DNA of 64,000 bases, taken from a bacterium HR37. Its GTDB lineage: Bacteria; Desulfobacterota_D; UBA1144; Nemesobacterales; CSP1-2. The number at the start of each line of letters is the position of its first letter. The first letter of the stretch is position 1. The notes beneath the pieces were generated by a model. That model was not told the DNA's origin, did not search any database, and worked only from the letters and a program-made list of their open reading frames with translations. Below are positions 19,258 through 31,432 of the stretch, piece after piece. A program made the position numbers and the translations under genes. The stretch spans positions 8,935 through 72,934 of the forward strand of contig BEIN01000009.1 in the NCBI GenBank assembly GCA_002898375.1, in the 5' to 3' direction.

Positions 19258-20277
19258 ATGATAGAGAGATTAGAAGATATAAAGAAACAGGCAGAAAATG
19301 AGCTAAGGAATGCGGTTGATGAGGTTACACTTCACAACGTCAAAGCAAGGTTTCTCGGCAGGAAGGGTATAATAACCGAGGTGTTAAAGGGTATGCGGGA
19401 TGTTCCTCAATCAGAGCGGCCAAGGATAGGGCAGGCTATAAACGAGGTAAAGGAGTTTATAGAGGGTCTTTTTGAAGCCAGATTACGTGAGATTAAGGAG
19501 GAGAGAAAAAGGCATATTTTGTTAACCGAGAAAGTGGATGTTACCCTCCCCGGTAAGGGGACACGGCTTGGGAACAAACACCCCATAACGCAGGTTATGG
19601 AGGAGATAGTTGGTATCTTTGAACGTATGGGGTTTGAGATTGCCGAGGGACCAGAGGTAGAGCTTGACTACTATAACTTTGAAGCCCTAAATATCCCTAG
19701 AGACCACCCTGCAAGGGATATGCAGGATACCTTCTACATATCAGATGATGTGGTTCTTAGAACCCATACATCTCCGGTTCAAATAAGGGTTATGGAAAAA
19801 CAAAAGCCACCTATAAAGGTTATAGCTCCCGGGAAGGTTTACAGGTGTGATAGTGATGTGTCTCATACCCCTATGTTCCATCAGGTGGAGGGGCTTTTGG
19901 TGGATGAGCGTGTAACCTTTAGCGATCTAAAAGGGGTGCTTACACAGTTTGCAAGGCTTCTGTTTGGATCCCATATTAAGGTTAGATTTAGACCGAGTTT
20001 TTTCCCCTTTACTGAGCCCAGTGCAGAGGTTGATATTGAGTGTGTTATATGTGCGGGCAAAGGGTGCAGGGTATGTAAGAATTCCGGATGGCTTGAGATT
20101 CTTGGTTGTGGTATGGTTGATCCTGAGGTGTTTAGAAGCGTTCAGTACGATCCTCAGCGCTATAGGGGTTTTGCCTTTGGTCTAGGTGTGGAAAGGATAA
20201 CCATGTTAAAGTTTGGCATAAACGATATAAGGCTGTTCTTTGAGAACGATATTAGGTTCTTAAAACAGTTCCTATAG
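19258..20277 (+). CDS. pheS: Phenylalanine--tRNA ligase alpha subunit
   Basis: HPARDMQDTF, LRTHTSPVQ, FPFTEPSAE and GFAFGLGVER motifs. Confidence 0.97.
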   Translation: MIERLEDIKKQAENELRNAVDEVTLHNVKARFLGRKGIITEVLKGMRDVPQSERPRIGQAINEVKEFIEGLFEARLREIKEERKRHILLTEKVDVTLPGKGTRLGNKHPITQVMEEIVGIFERMGFEIAEGPEVELDYYNFEALNIPRDHPARDMQDTFYISDDVVLRTHTSPVQIRVMEKQKPPIKVIAPGKVYRCDSDVSHTPMFHQVEGLLVDERVTFSDLKGVLTQFARLLFGSHIKVRFRPSFFPFTEPSAEVDIECVICAGKGCRVCKNSGWLEILGCGMVDPEVFRSVQYDPQRYRGFAFGLGVERITMLKFGINDIRLFFENDIRFLKQFL

Positions 20278-20303
20278 CATCATTATAAAAAGGAGTACGG
20301 GAC

Positions 20304-20858
20304 ATGGGTGTAAAACCTGATCACTGGATAAGGCGAATGGCTTATGAGTATAAGATGATCGAGCCTTTTGTTGAGGAACAGGTAACAAAAGGGGTAATCT
20401 CTTATGGTTTATCAGCTTACGGATACGATATAAGGGTAAGTGATGAGTTTAAAGTCTTTACGAACGTCTACAATACGGTTGTGGACCCAAAGCAGTTTGA
20501 TGAGCGCTCCTTTGTGTCAATAAAGACAGATGTCTGCATAATACCTCCAAACTCATTTGCGCTGGGGAGAACCGTTGAGTATTTTAGGATACCCAGAAAT
20601 GTAATTACTCTCTGCGTGGGTAAATCTACCTATGCCCGTTGTGGAATAATCGTAAATGTAACGCCTTTTGAGCCCGAATGGGAGGGGTTTGTAACCCTTG
20701 AGATATCAAATACCACACCCCTTCCAGCCAAGATATACGCAAATGAGGGTATAGCACAGGTTCTTTTCTTTGAGGCAGATGAGGTTTGCGAGGTCTCTTA
20801 CGCTGATAAGAAGGGTAAGTATCAGAGGCAGCTGGGTATTACTCCTCCAAAAGTCTGA
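20304..20858 (+). CDS. dcd: dCTP deaminase
   Basis: [20 protein letters not shown] and TPFEPEWEG motifs. Confidence 0.95.
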   Translation: MGVKPDHWIRRMAYEYKMIEPFVEEQVTKGVISYGLSAYGYDIRVSDEFKVFTNVYNTVVDPKQFDERSFVSIKTDVCIIPPNSFALGRTVEYFRIPRNVITLCVGKSTYARCGIIVNVTPFEPEWEGFVTLEISNTTPLPAKIYANEGIAQVLFFEADEVCEVSYADKKGKYQRQLGITPPKV

Positions 20859-20991
20859 GTTCTGTTATGTTGTAAAAATTTTGAGATAATACTTTATATA
20901 ATTGGCAAAAACTCCTTGAATTTATTTAATTTTGTGCAATCTTATGGTATAATCTATTAAGTTTGCCTTGGTATATTATATAGGGAGGTAG

Positions 20992-23454
<2,463 letters not shown>

Positions 23455-23458
23455 TCTT

Positions 23459-24127
23459 CTAAAGCAAAAAGTCTGCTAGGGCAGTTAAGTTGCTAAATTC
23501 ATAGTCGGGTTTGTATTTCCCAGAGGGTTTCTCACCTTTTCTGTTGATCCATGCAACCTTGAATCCGAGTTCCTTGGCAGGCACCACATCATGAACATAA
23601 CTTGAAGAGACGTGCAAAACCTCATCTTTCTTAGTGGGTTTAAAAAGCTCAAGCAGTTTGTTCCAGTGAGCGTGTGATGGTTTGTATGACCTTACCATCT
23701 CAGCCGTGATAACGCCGTCAAACTCTACACCTATTAGTTCAATTGAGTGTTTAATGATTTCGTTGTCTACATTGGAGAGTATGGCAAGCCTATATTTTTC
23801 CTTTAGCCTCTTTAGGGCTTTTTTGGTTTCTTTAAAGGGTGGCCATGTAGCTATGGTATCTGCAAATACCCTCTCTTCACTACAAGAGAGTTTTATGTTT
23901 TTTTCTGCAAATAGTTTTTTTACCCCTAGAATCAGAACCTCTTTGTACTTTCTGTAGGTTTCCTGCTCAATTTCAAGTTCAATCTCTATATACCTCTTAA
24001 TGAGCTGATCTATGTTGCTGTGTAAACCTTTCCGAGTTAGAATCTCTTTAAGCGCACTTTTCATACCCAATTCCCAGTCTATAAGTGTACCGTAACAATC
24101 GAAGGTTAGAAGGGTAAAACGGGTCAT
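23459..24127 (-). CDS. HAD superfamily hydrolase (haloacid dehalogenase type II-like)
   Basis: TFDCYGTLIDWE, ILSN, SYKP and HDVVPA motifs. Confidence 0.88.
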   Translation of the reverse strand: MTRFTLLTFDCYGTLIDWELGMKSALKEILTRKGLHSNIDQLIKRYIEIELEIEQETYRKYKEVLILGVKKLFAEKNIKLSCSEERVFADTIATWPPFKETKKALKRLKEKYRLAILSNVDNEIIKHSIELIGVEFDGVITAEMVRSYKPSHAHWNKLLELFKPTKKDEVLHVSSSYVHDVVPAKELGFKVAWINRKGEKPSGKYKPDYEFSNLTALADFLL

Positions 24128-25177
24128 TTATCTGTATACAAATAACATTACGAAACTTGTTACAATGATATTTAGTACTGCTAGAGGAAAGAGTACCTTC
24201 CATCCAAGTCTCATTACCTGATCATAGCGAAATCGTGGAATTGTCCATCTTACCCATATAAAAAGAAACAGCAGAAAGAAAACCTTACCTATGAAGACGG
24301 CAGGTGGTAAGTACCAGTGCTTTTGTATATCAATTCCAAACCATCCTCCAAAGGGTAGGGGATACCATCCACCCAGGAAAAGGCAGACAGCAAGGGCTGA
24401 GGCAACTATCATGTGTGTGTATTCTGCCATAAAGAACATGGCAAACTTCATACTACTGTACTCTGTGTGATAACCTGCAACGAGCTCCGGCTCTGCTTCA
24501 GGTAAATCAAAGGGAAGACGGTTTGTTTCTGCAAAAGATGCAACCATAAATACTAGGAACCCCAGAGCCTGAGGTATTGCAAACCAGACCCTTGATTGTG
24601 CCTCTACTATGTCATTTAATCTGAAGGAACCGGCCAGAGCTATTACCCCAAGGATTGAAAGCCCTAAGGACAGTTCATAACTTATCATCTGTGCAGCCGA
24701 GCGAAGCCCCCCTAAAAAGGAATATTTGCTATTTGAAGACCAGCCTCCAATTACCACCCCATATACGCTTAGGGAACCTACAGCAAGCACGTAAAGAACA
24801 CCTGCGTTTATGTCTGCTATCTGTAGCCTGATGTAAACGGGTTCCTTTAGCAAACCAAGGAAAGTAGTGCTGAATCCGTAACCAATTGGAATTACGGCAA
24901 GGGCTATTAGCGCTGTAACAAGAGAAATAGCGGGAGCAACTATGTAGAGGGGCTTGTTTACCATCTCTGGAATTATGTCTTCTTTAAATATAAACTTCAG
25001 TCCATCTGCAAGTGGCTGTAGGAGCCCAAAAGGACCTACACGGTTTGGTCCAAGTCTATCTTGAATAAATGCACTTATCCTTCTTTCAGCATAGGTAAGG
25101 TATGCAACTAGAGTAAGGACTACAAAAAAAACAAATGCTATCTTTAAGGTTGATATAGCTATATCTGTCCAGAGCAT
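24128..25177 (-). CDS. nuoH: NADH-quinone oxidoreductase subunit H
   Basis: RLGPNRVGPFGLLQPLADGLK, ETNRLPFDLPEAEPELVAGY and PRFRYDQ motifs. Confidence 0.96.
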   Translation of the reverse strand: MLWTDIAISTLKIAFVFFVVLTLVAYLTYAERRISAFIQDRLGPNRVGPFGLLQPLADGLKFIFKEDIIPEMVNKPLYIVAPAISLVTALIALAVIPIGYGFSTTFLGLLKEPVYIRLQIADINAGVLYVLAVGSLSVYGVVIGGWSSNSKYSFLGGLRSAAQMISYELSLGLSILGVIALAGSFRLNDIVEAQSRVWFAIPQALGFLVFMVASFAETNRLPFDLPEAEPELVAGYHTEYSSMKFAMFFMAEYTHMIVASALAVCLFLGGWYPLPFGGWFGIDIQKHWYLPPAVFIGKVFFLLFLFIWVRWTIPRFRYDQVMRLGWKVLFPLAVLNIIVTSFVMLFVYR

Positions 25178-25203
25178 CTTCTTAGTCTTCTAAATAAGAA
25201 AGT

Positions 25204-26796
25204 TCATTGCAGTTTCTTTATTCCCAGTATGCCAATCTTATCGTAATTGATTCCCTTGTAAGCCGGAAATCTATCCGAAATCTCAAGCATTATTTGAGAG
25301 GGATGTGTGTAGTTAAAGCTACGCTGATCAAATCTCTGTCCTATAAGGGCAAGTATCTCCCAATCTGGTCTTGCATTTCCAGGCGGAGGCATGGCTGCTT
25401 TTACTCTCTGTATTCTTCCCTGGTCGTTTGTGAAGGTCCCATCCTTTTCGTATGGACTTGCACCGGGTAGTACTATATGGGCAAGTTTTACCGTTTCTGT
25501 AAACTTAAAGTCCTGAACTGTTAAAAGAGTGAGACGGGATAAGGCCTTGCTTAGCTTCTCCCTTTCCTCATCCCTAACGAGTTTAAAAAGGTCTTCACCT
25601 ATTACATAAAGTGCTTTAAGTTTGTCTTCAAGAATAAGCTCTATTATATGCTTGATGCCCGAATCTGTAGCCAGTCCCATATCTCTAACACCAGAGCTGT
25701 TTGGAAACGGATCAGGGCTTATAAGCCCAAACTTCTTCTCCCCACTCCATTCTATCGCGTTTGAGAACACATGGCTAATGTCAAGAAAATCAGCAAGTTT
25801 CTTTACAAGGTATAGTTCTTCGTTGGTAAGAACAGGGGATGCTATAAAGGCGATCTGCTGAGAAGAATCATTCCTTAGCTTATTTGCTTTTGAAACGAAA
25901 GCATCAATTGCTTCATCCAGTGTAGCAACCCTTAATGTTTCATCTTCCCTTATAAAGGGTTCTCTAATACGGTTTTCGTTTTGAATCTCTCTAAAACCGT
26001 ATCTACCTCTGTCACATATCCAGTACTGATTTACATCTGGATTAATTTTAGGTCTTATACGTGCAATACGTCCTTTTCTAGGATCTACCCCTACCGTTAT
26101 ATTGCATCCGTTACTGCAGAGTGGACATACTGTATCTGTGAATTTCCAGTACCAGACCCTTTCTTCATGTAGTGTGTATTTATCTAAGAGAGCCCCTACA
26201 GGGCAGAGGTCAATTACATTGCCAGCAAGCTCGTTATTTAGGGGTTTTCCTGGAAAGATTACGATCCTCTTTCTGAATCCGCGATTGTCGTACCCAAGTT
26301 CCCCCGTTTTGGTAACTTCGTGCGTAAACCTTACACACCTTGTACACATTATACAGCGGTTAGGGTCATATATTATTTTATCGCTTAGGTAGTATTTCCT
26401 TCTTACCTTTTTTTCCTCGGGGCCATCAAATCTGCTGTAGCCGGGTCCGTGTTTAAAGGTGGTAAGTTGAAGGGGACACTCTCCGCCTTTATCGCAGATG
26501 GGGCAATCAAGTGGATGGTTTATCAGTGTAAACTCAACGGTTGCCCTTCTTGCTTTTATAGCTCTTTCTGAATTGGTTTTAACAACCAGGCCCTCACGTA
26601 CAAACGTGTTGCATGCAGGCATTACTTTTGGGACTCCTTCAACCTCTACAAGACACTGTCTGCACTGAGCTACAATACTTAAAGCAGGATGATAGCAGAA
26701 GTGTGGTATTTCAATGCCCACCTTAGCTGCAGCCTGAATAAGATTTAAGCCTTCCTCTACTTCTATTTCTATTCCGTCTATGGTAAGTCTAGGCAT
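25204..26796 (-). CDS. nuoG: NADH-quinone oxidoreductase subunit G (short form)
   Basis: N1b (CYH...CRQC...C), N5 (HPLDCPICDKGGEC), N4 (CIMCTRC...C) and N7 (CPLCSNGC...C) ligand sets. Likely start MPRLTIDG at 26796. Confidence 0.9.
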   Translation of the reverse strand: MPRLTIDGIEIEVEEGLNLIQAAAKVGIEIPHFCYHPALSIVAQCRQCLVEVEGVPKVMPACNTFVREGLVVKTNSERAIKARRATVEFTLINHPLDCPICDKGGECPLQLTTFKHGPGYSRFDGPEEKKVRRKYYLSDKIIYDPNRCIMCTRCVRFTHEVTKTGELGYDNRGFRKRIVIFPGKPLNNELAGNVIDLCPVGALLDKYTLHEERVWYWKFTDTVCPLCSNGCNITVGVDPRKGRIARIRPKINPDVNQYWICDRGRYGFREIQNENRIREPFIREDETLRVATLDEAIDAFVSKANKLRNDSSQQIAFIASPVLTNEELYLVKKLADFLDISHVFSNAIEWSGEKKFGLISPDPFPNSSGVRDMGLATDSGIKHIIELILEDKLKALYVIGEDLFKLVRDEEREKLSKALSRLTLLTVQDFKFTETVKLAHIVLPGASPYEKDGTFTNDQGRIQRVKAAMPPPGNARPDWEILALIGQRFDQRSFNYTHPSQIMLEISDRFPAYKGINYDKIGILGIKKLQ

Positions 26797-26878
26797 AATT
26801 GGTCTTATATACAGAAACTTGAAAAATTCTATCTGAACTAAAACATATTGCAAGATTTAGGGACTTAAGATCAGCTGT

Positions 26879-27160
26879 TTAGGCTTTTGTATCCGTGTTA
26901 TCCGATGTGCTATCCACCCCTTTTGTATCCTTATTTGTATTTGTTTCTGTTTCTTTGTTTTCTAGAGCTTTAGGGGTTGTTTCTTCTTCTTCATCCTCTA
27001 TTTCCGTATATATTGTTTGTCTTAACTCTTCCTTTGCTCTTTGTAACTCTCGCATACCACGCCCAAGAGTCCTTGCAATCTTTGGAATCTCCTTTGGTCC
27101 AAAGACAAGAAGTGCAATTAAAAGTATTATCAGTAGCTCGCTTGTTCCTATACCAAACAT
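26879..27160 (-). CDS. tatA: TatA/TatB family twin-arginine translocase subunit
   Basis: MFGIGTSELLIILLIALLVFGPKEIP; TatA versus TatB is not resolved. Confidence 0.85.
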   Translation of the reverse strand: MFGIGTSELLIILLIALLVFGPKEIPKIARTLGRGMRELQRAKEELRQTIYTEIEDEEEETTPKALENKETETNTNKDTKGVDSTSDNTDTKA

Positions 27161-27285
27161 GTTTTGTGCTTTTATAAATGCTATCACAACAAAAAGGGTT
27201 GTTCAACTTGCTCTTTACCACTTAAATTCTTTTTCCCTTTCCTATATAATAGGAGCATCTAAGATACTAAAGCAGGAGGTAGTTA

Positions 27286-28320
27286 ATGAAGGCCGTAGTT
27301 TACCACGAGTTTGGAGGGGTAGATGTCCTAAAATACGAAGATGTACCGGACCCGGAGATTGGAGATGAGGAGGTTTTGGTTCGTGTAAGGGCAACTTCTA
27401 TCAATCATCTGGATTTACGTCTCAGGGCAGGGAAATCCCCAAGGCCCGTTAAGCTTCCACACATAGGAGGGGTGGATATAGCAGGGGATGTTGTAAAGGT
27501 AGGAAGCAGAGTTACCCAGGTAAAGGAAGGTACACGGGTTGTTGTTGATCCCGTAATAAGATGTGGTAAGTGCAGATTCTGTCAAATAGGGGAACAGAAT
27601 ATGTGTGCTGCTCCCAAGATAGTGGGGGTTAATCTCCATGGGGGTTTTGCAGATTATGTTAAGGTTCCAGCAGTAAATGTGGTTCCCATACCTAATGGGC
27701 TTTCTTATAACGATGCTTCTACCCTACCTATATGTTTTGTAACAGCCTGGTATGCCCTGATTGAAAGGGGTAACATAAAGCCGGGTGAGACAGTTCTTGT
27801 GCATGCAGCTGGAAGTGGAACTGGAAGTGCTGCGGTACAGATAGCCAAGCTTGCAGGGGCACGTGTAATTGCAACTGCGGGAAGTGATGAAAAACTTGCT
27901 CGTGTAAAAGAACTGGGGGCAGATGAGACGATTAACTACAATAGCCTGGATTTTGCAGCTGAGATTAAGAAACTAACTGGTGAAAATGGGGTGGATTTGA
28001 TATTTGATCAGATTGGAGCATCTGTGTGGGATAAGAACATACAATCTCTTTCGGCAAAGGGAAGGATGTTACTTATAGGGGTTGTTGGAGGGGGAAATGT
28101 CTCTGCAAACATTGGCCCCTTGATAATGAGAGACTTATCTGTGCTAGGTGTAACCGTATTTCAGGCTCCGAGAAGGAATCTGGTAACCATTGTTAATCTG
28201 GCAGCCGAGGGAAAGATTCGTCCGGTAATAGATAAGATATTCCCGCTTAAAGAAGCTCAGGCGGCCCAGAGGGTTCTTGAAGATAGGAATCAGTTTGGGA
28301 AGGTCGTTTTAAATCCTTAG
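27286..28320 (+). CDS. Zinc-binding dehydrogenase / quinone oxidoreductase (MDR family)
   Basis: CGKCRFC...C structural zinc site and HAAGSGTG nucleotide-binding loop. Confidence 0.9.
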   Translation: MKAVVYHEFGGVDVLKYEDVPDPEIGDEEVLVRVRATSINHLDLRLRAGKSPRPVKLPHIGGVDIAGDVVKVGSRVTQVKEGTRVVVDPVIRCGKCRFCQIGEQNMCAAPKIVGVNLHGGFADYVKVPAVNVVPIPNGLSYNDASTLPICFVTAWYALIERGNIKPGETVLVHAAGSGTGSAAVQIAKLAGARVIATAGSDEKLARVKELGADETINYNSLDFAAEIKKLTGENGVDLIFDQIGASVWDKNIQSLSAKGRMLLIGVVGGGNVSANIGPLIMRDLSVLGVTVFQAPRRNLVTIVNLAAEGKIRPVIDKIFPLKEAQAAQRVLEDRNQFGKVVLNP

Positions 28321-28322
28321 CT

Positions 28323-29162
28323 CTACTGGGTTGCAAGTATCTCTACGATTCTAGGAAATATGTACTCAGCTACGTCTCTACGCGAGCCCCCACCCGTTAT
28401 TATAAGGTATCGCCCATAACAGGCTTCCTCTGCGCATCTCTTTAGCTCCCTTACAAGCTCTATGAAGAAATCGGGTGTGAGACCTATGTCGCCGTAATCT
28501 CCCTGACATGTATCGTGTCCGAGAAAGTGAAATATCATCTCGGGCCTAAACTTTTTTACCCTTGGTATAAATTCAAGCCTTATCAGGTTGAGATAATCTC
28601 TGTCCGTTAGATTCCAACCAGTTCTAATACAAACTTTGGTTTGTGTGTGGTCTTCGTACTCTGAGTTGCAAAAGCAAACATGAAGGAGTTCAGGATCATC
28701 TTTAAACATTTCTCTATCACCGTCTCCATGATGGCAGTCTGTATCAAGCAAACTAAATCGTCTTGCTTTTGTTGTTGTTCTAAGTGTATACACTGCAGGT
28801 GCAACACAGTTTATATATGTTCCTCCCCAGGCATAGCTTGGTCCAGCATGGTGGCCGGATGCACTGTTAAAGATTAAGGCGTTTTTTAGTTCTCCACTGT
28901 ACACCATCTTGCTTGCCAATATGCATGCGCCAACGGAGTAAAACGCATTTTTGCCATACGGCCTGGTTTTTAAGCTATCAATCATCTCCTTGGTATGAAA
29001 CCTTAACATCAGCTCTTCTTGTACCGGTTCATTCTCTATCAGTTTTACGTTGGGTAGCTTAAGAACGTTTTCTAAGACATCTGGAAAGTTTGCAAACTTG
29101 GCTCCTATTATTGGCCCCGGGTTTGTCTTCAGAATGCGGTTAAAAAAAACCCCTGTTAACAT
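28323..29162 (-). CDS. Histone deacetylase-like amidohydrolase (divergent)
   Basis: GHHA, DTDCHHGDG, GHD and GGG motifs. Confidence 0.82.
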   Translation of the reverse strand: MLTGVFFNRILKTNPGPIIGAKFANFPDVLENVLKLPNVKLIENEPVQEELMLRFHTKEMIDSLKTRPYGKNAFYSVGACILASKMVYSGELKNALIFNSASGHHAGPSYAWGGTYINCVAPAVYTLRTTTKARRFSLLDTDCHHGDGDREMFKDDPELLHVCFCNSEYEDHTQTKVCIRTGWNLTDRDYLNLIRLEFIPRVKKFRPEMIFHFLGHDTCQGDYGDIGLTPDFFIELVRELKRCAEEACYGRYLIITGGGSRRDVAEYIFPRIVEILATQ

Positions 29163-29171
29163 CTCCTGCTC

Positions 29172-30425
29172 CTACTCTGGGTTGTATTGTGCGTTTTTAT
29201 CAAGTATTTCTAAAGTTACCCTGTGAATCTTTCCTCGTCTAATCTGTTGTACTATAAATTTTATGTTTTTATGGGTAAAAGATACGCCTGGATATATTGT
29301 TCCTTTAATTTTTGATTGAAGCCATCTTGCAACCGTTTGCATGTGGGTTGCATCATCAAGCTCTATCCCCACTATACGAGAAAGTGTTTGCAACTGGACA
29401 TCTCCACCAACCCTCCATATATTTGGGCTTATCTGGACTATATCTTGGGAGGTATAGTCAAACTCATCTTCTATGTCTCCAACTATTTCTTCAAGTACAT
29501 CTTCAAGTGTTACCATACCAACTACCTTTCCGCCACTGTCTTTTACTATTGCAAGGTGGTGTCGTTTTGCAATAAAGAGTTTTAACATAGTATTAAGGTT
29601 TATGTCAGGTGTTACAAACAGTACGGGTCGAATAAACTGGTCTATTGTAAAGCGACCAAGGTGGGATGCAAGTGCTGCAATCTCTTTGTAGTTTACATAT
29701 CCTATGATATCATCAACCGAATCACTTTTGCTTACGGGGTAGCGTGTATGAAAGTTATTTTTTGCGATTTCAAAGTTCTCCTCGAGTGAGAGGTTGCTTT
29801 TAAGATAGATTATCCATTCTCTGGGTATCATAACTGAAGAGACTTTTGTTTCCCGGAGTTTTGTGGCGTTTATTATGATGTTTTCCTGTTCAGGCTCTAT
29901 TATCTCCTTTACTTTTGCAATGCGTGCCAGGGTTTTTATATCAGCTATGCTTAGGCCCTGCTCTCTTTTCTTATTCCAGAAAATACGGGATAGTGCTTCT
30001 GTTAGGAAAATAACGGGTTTGAGAACCGATATGCTTACTCTCAAAGGTGAAACCAGCCAAGGTGCAAGGCTTTCGTTGTAGCGTACACCAAGCACCTTCG
30101 GTATGATTTCTGTGCCAAAGAGTATAACAAGTGTAAATACTATGGAGAAAAGCCACAGCCAGTTGTCCCCGTAGAGCTCGTTAAAAGCACCTCCTGCGAT
30201 AATAGCGCCTCCAGTGTGGGCTATGGTGTTTAGTATTAAAATGGCTGCAATGGGTCTATCTATGTTTTCTTTCATCTCCAGTAAAACGGATGCGTAGGTT
30301 TTTCCCTCCTGTTTCAGTGTCTCCAGTCTGAGGGGATTTAGGCTTAATAGAACTGCTTCTGTAAGGGAACATATAAATGAAACCGATATGGCGGTTAATA
30401 TGCTTACAGTAAATACAAAAAGCAT
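29172..30425 (-). CDS. CNNM/HlyC-CorC family protein (DUF21 + CBS + CorC)
   Basis: SFICSLTEAVLLS, ILILNTIAHT, EIIPK and GMVTLEDVLEEIVGDIEDE motifs; SD GGAGG before ATG 30425. Confidence 0.9.
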   Translation of the reverse strand: MLFVFTVSILTAISVSFICSLTEAVLLSLNPLRLETLKQEGKTYASVLLEMKENIDRPIAAILILNTIAHTGGAIIAGGAFNELYGDNWLWLFSIVFTLVILFGTEIIPKVLGVRYNESLAPWLVSPLRVSISVLKPVIFLTEALSRIFWNKKREQGLSIADIKTLARIAKVKEIIEPEQENIIINATKLRETKVSSVMIPREWIIYLKSNLSLEENFEIAKNNFHTRYPVSKSDSVDDIIGYVNYKEIAALASHLGRFTIDQFIRPVLFVTPDINLNTMLKLFIAKRHHLAIVKDSGGKVVGMVTLEDVLEEIVGDIEDEFDYTSQDIVQISPNIWRVGGDVQLQTLSRIVGIELDDATHMQTVARWLQSKIKGTIYPGVSFTHKNIKFIVQQIRRGKIHRVTLEILDKNAQYNPE

Positions 30426-30477
30426 GTTACCTCCGTAATATGTATTTTGTATCCGTGTAATAAAGAGGGGTAAGAGT

Positions 30478-31332
30478 TTAAATTTGCCTTCTTGCCATGT
30501 TCTCAAGTCTTGCTATTCTCTCTTCAATAGGGGGATGGGTACTAAAGAGGGTTTCAAAACCCTTTCCAGTTAGTGGATTTACTATAAACATGTGTGCTGT
30601 GGCCTCTGCTGTTTGCTCGTTGACCCTAAGGGGTATCCTTCCGGATACCTGTCCAAGTTTTCTAAGTGCGCTTGCAAGATAGAGGGGATTTCCACAGATT
30701 CTTGCTCCTACTTCATCTGCCATATACTCTCTTGCACGTGATATAGCCATTCGTATTAAGAGTGCTGCCAGAGGAGCAACTATAACCATAACAAGAAGTG
30801 TTAAGATGTTTCCCCTGTCCCTTCCTCGTCCACCAAATATTGCAACCCATTGGGCCATGTAAGCCAGATAGCTTATTGCCCCAGCTATTGTGGCAGCTAT
30901 GGTTCCAATTAAGATGTCTCTGTTTTTAATGTGTGCAAGCTCATGAGCAATAACTCCCTTTAGCTCTTCACGGTTAAGCAACCTCAGGATGCCACGTGTT
31001 ACTGCAACAGCTGCGTGGTTTGGGCTTCTTCCCGTTGCAAACGCATTTGGTGTATCTTCGGGGATCAAATACAGTTTTGGCATTGGAATTCCTGCTTTAC
31101 CGGCAAGTTCTCTTACATCCTCATAGAGTTGCGGGTAATCTTCCGGTCCTATTTCTCTTCCCCTGTACATGGCAATCACTATCTTGTCACTCCACCAGAA
31201 GCTTATAAGGTTCATTACCCCTGCGATTATAAGCGCAACAAGGGCTCCATTCTTTCCCCCTATTGCTCCACCAGCCCAGATTAGGATAGCTGATAGAAGG
31301 GCTAGGAAAAGAAGGGTTTTTATTGTGTTCAT
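30478..31332 (-). CDS. htpX: Zinc metalloprotease HtpX
   Basis: [22 protein letters not shown] and [11 protein letters not shown] motifs. Confidence 0.96.
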   Translation of the reverse strand: MNTIKTLLFLALLSAILIWAGGAIGGKNGALVALIIAGVMNLISFWWSDKIVIAMYRGREIGPEDYPQLYEDVRELAGKAGIPMPKLYLIPEDTPNAFATGRSPNHAAVAVTRGILRLLNREELKGVIAHELAHIKNRDILIGTIAATIAGAISYLAYMAQWVAIFGGRGRDRGNILTLLVMVIVAPLAALLIRMAISRAREYMADEVGARICGNPLYLASALRKLGQVSGRIPLRVNEQTAEATAHMFIVNPLTGKGFETLFSTHPPIEERIARLENMARRQI

Positions 31333-31432
31333 TCAGCCAACCCTCCATTGTAGTTTAATTGTTTATTATTATACCTGTCCCTTTTACCAATTTTTGTTAT
31401 AATGATACTAGCTCACATAAATTATAAAGCTA

